This document shows, one piece after another, positions 60,835 to 64,000 of a stretch of DNA of 64,000 nucleotides; within the stretch, counting starts at the first letter, position 1, and every line of letters starts with the position of its first letter. This DNA comes from Euprymna scolopes (Eukaryota), in the NCBI GenBank assembly GCA_053919585.1, contig CM132808.1; one strand, given 5' to 3'. Both the position numbers and the translations under genes were made by a program. The notes below the pieces were generated by a model. That model made no database searches. It worked only from the letters and a program-made list of their open reading frames with translations, and had not been told where the DNA came from.

Positions 60835-61881
60835 ACAAAATGATCAGTTGAACGAGTCCATCCTAAAAACAAAAGTACCTTTTTAAACTGAGAGATAAAG
60901 GATAAGATTGTTTGAAATTTTAAAATAAAATATAACCATTCCAAAAGTTATTCCTACAATAATGAAGATATCATTTTGAACAGCTTTTATCATAAAGATT
61001 CTCCTTTTTTTTTAAGCTTAAATGAATGTACTATATACGAGCATTAAGTCGTAAGTGTGAACCAGTCTAGTTAAAAACACAAAGATCAAATGACTACAGT
61101 AATTGCAAGGTTAAAAAAACACCAAAAACACCATTAGTAAAAAAGAAGAGAATTTCGTACAAAATTTAAAAAATTAAAACAAATTAAGGCTTAATTTAAA
61201 AGATTAAAATACTTACGAAACGAAAATAATGAATCAAAAAAATGATGCATGAATTAAACCAACTTAAAATCTTTTTAAAAAATAATAAAAGAACGGAGCA
61301 AACTGAGAGTCAATTGATACCTGCACTCTGTTATCTTAAGACTCGTCATAACTTATGACGAGTCATAACTTGTAAAACCAAAATGGAGCGACTAAATGCT
61401 GAAAAGTGTATACACTTTCCATATTCAAGTGTAAACATGTCCACAGCACAAATGGATTTACCAGATGATGCCGATGATGATGATGACGGGCGTTTACCAA
61501 TTGCCCTGGAGAGTTGATCGTCATGGCAAGGCAGGTAAGCTCAGATCTTCACAAAATATTCACCAGAAATAAAAATTAAGCTTTTTACATAACAAAAAAT
61601 AAAAAACAAAATAAAATAAAATAAAATAAATAAATAAAAACACTTGCTGTTGTAAAGCCGACATCTACACCAGAAACATTCTTAAGGTTTACCAAAAACA
61701 CAATAGTAGAAGAAAAGGAAAGAAATTGTTATAAAAAAAAAAGTGAGGAGAAAAAGCTTGCTGGGTGGAAAAGAGAAAAGGCGTCGGTTCACTTAATTTA
61801 AAAGAAGAAGTATTTTTTTTTTGGGGGGGGGGGGCTATTTAAAATCAACAAGGCAAGCTTATAGAGTTATCTCATGTTGGT

Positions 61882-62070
61882 CCTATTTACAATGTCTCCC
61901 CACGGGACAGAGTTAGACACCAAGGTCGTTTTTTAATGTGGAGAAAAGGAGCAAAAATAAAAATTGTCTCAGTCATGAAGGATTTCTCCTCCATTGACAG
62001 AGAACAAGAAATTGAAGTGCAGCATCTAAAGAACAGATACTACACTTTCATCTTGACCTGAAGGCCAAGC
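61882..62070. mobile_element. Second copy of the 45808-46000 repeat
   Basis: Near-identical sequence. Confidence 0.8.
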
Positions 62071-62216
62071 AGTTCAATCCTACCAGTTATCTCATGTTGT
62101 TATTAAACCATTTTGAATACGTTTTTGATTTTAATTTTCTGAAATAAAATGGAAGAAAATGAGAGGTTATCGAATAGAAAAAGACAAAAAGTGAATGCAT
62201 TCCGATCAATTCAATC

Positions 62217-62283
<67 letters not shown>

Positions 62284-64000
62284 AAGAAAATCTATCGATT
62301 TTAGTCATCAATAATTTTGATTCAGACAAAATCAATATTTGATGCTGTCTACAACAGGAATATTTTTTTTAAATTGCACCATAAAAAAATAACAAAGCAA
62401 CTCTGTATTATTCATCGATACGGTTTTTCTTGGAGCGATTTTTACTAAAAAAATTAAACTTATAGTAACGAATACAGAAGTATTTTTCTTTGTTTTATCT
62501 ATTTTCCACTGTCTTTTTTAAAGAGTTCACAGAGTCTTTCTTACAATTCAAATCGTGAAAATAAAAATAATCCCGATCAATGCTGAGTCGGAACAGCCAG
62601 TAAAAAAAACTAAAAGATGTTTCTCACCCAGGAACTTTCTAAATAAGGGATTCGGGTTGATTGCAACTAGTGTTGACGTGAACTGAGGCATTAGAAATAA
62701 ATCTATTACATATATAAGTAAAGATGGGCTAACAAAAGTATAAAAAGTACCGTGCTTATGACTATTTACAAACAGAAGCACAAACAAATATAAATGTTCA
62801 TTTAGCAATATTGTTCAAAGTGAAATAAGCTCAAAATAAAGAAATCTATTAAGCTAATAGTGCTCAATTTAAAAGAAATCAGATAGAAAATTAACCACAT
62901 TTGTTTAAAAAACAAGCAAAACAAATTTCATGGTATATACAGCCTTTAGAGATTGTTCGTCAAAAAAAAAAAAAAAAATTCATTAAAATCGTCAGATCAC
63001 TAAACAAACGTTTACCTATGGGAGTTTCTGCCCCAGAATCAAGTTCCTCATCTATGAAAATAAAAAAAAATGGAAAATAGAAATACATGCATGCGAATAA
63101 TTCAACAACACTAGAAATTTAAAAAAGATTGCCGAAAGTTGAAAAGACAACTAACCAAAACTTGCAAGCAAATCTAAAAAGAATCAAATAGATGGAGAAG
63201 CCGAACCGAGAGAGATGTGCCTAGTTCGAGAGTCAAGCAGACTCTGAACAAATTTCATTGATAACCTTCCCATGATGCCTCACTCCATCCCATGATTCCT
63301 CTTTGATTAAAACTAAGCAAATGTTCTGTTATTCTTGTTCATAACAACCTCATCATTCCCTCCCTCCCTCTGTTATTAGACTTCATTCCTCCACCCCACC
63401 TCTTCTTGTCCAAATGAAAACTAATTTATTTAAGATAATGGGAGGTTGAACCTGAATAGACAAATAACTAACGGCAGGTGAGTCTATCTCGTTTACATCT
63501 TGGCTTTGTTTTTGCGGTAATTTTTATATATATATATTTTTATTTTTTTTACTTATTCATTTATTTATTTATTGTTTTTTTTTTTTAAGTTTGGGTGTTT
63601 TTATAAACCGCTATGATAGTATCACATGTTGGGCATTACAGACTAGTCTACCCCCACAAAGCATAATAAACAAACCCAACAGATGTCCATCAACCATCCC
63701 CTCCCGCCCATCCATTCGCGCATTATGACTTCCCTTTGCTTTTATTGTAATTATTAGTATTAATAGCAGTAGTAGTAGTAGTATTTCTTTTGTTTAAACT
63801 TAAGGCGCAGAATTTTTTTTTTTTTTTAGTTTGTTGCTGAGTCTCACTTATCCACAAATAAACATAGTTGACCTTTTCTCTATATTTCTTCAGAAAAAAA
63901 AAAAAATCAATAGATAAATAGAAAGACCCCCCCCCTGCTCAAACTCTGCCCTTATCCAGTGCCCTAAACAATTGCCGTTGTCACTTTCCATCTTGAGTCG

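Overview
This is AT-rich eukaryotic (metazoan) genomic DNA with a 137-nt N gap and many (AT)n, (AC)n and (AG)n microsatellites. The repeat content looks mollusc/cephalopod-like, which is an inference only. I can support no intact host protein-coding gene; the window reads as a very large intron or intergenic region packed with decayed transposons. These include about 12 non-autonomous Helitron-like elements (TC...hairpin-CTAG ends, four joined head-to-tail at 37264-40334, many with tRNA-like Pol III A/B boxes), many 3' fragments of CR1/L2/Jockey-type LINEs, an R2/R4-type REL-endonuclease fragment and RTE-like 5' remnants. There are also Tc1/mariner, hAT-like and Merlin (IS1595-like) DNA transposon remnants with visible TIRs, a young (CAAC)n-tailed retroposon family with TSDs, three near full-length 5S rRNA pseudogenes (two fused to LINE-like tails) and Penelope-like repeats with degenerate hammerhead-ribozyme cores. 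Several long fold-back palindromes and three minisatellites are present. The most striking object is an 84 x 27-bp array (56212-58479) that keeps a 783-codon frame open, (QLVNTSETI)n, with an N-glycosylation sequon in nearly every unit and only synonymous recurrent variants. Several repeat-free, CpG-retaining islands look like cis-regulatory modules. All family assignments come from by-eye motif recognition; no database searches were run.
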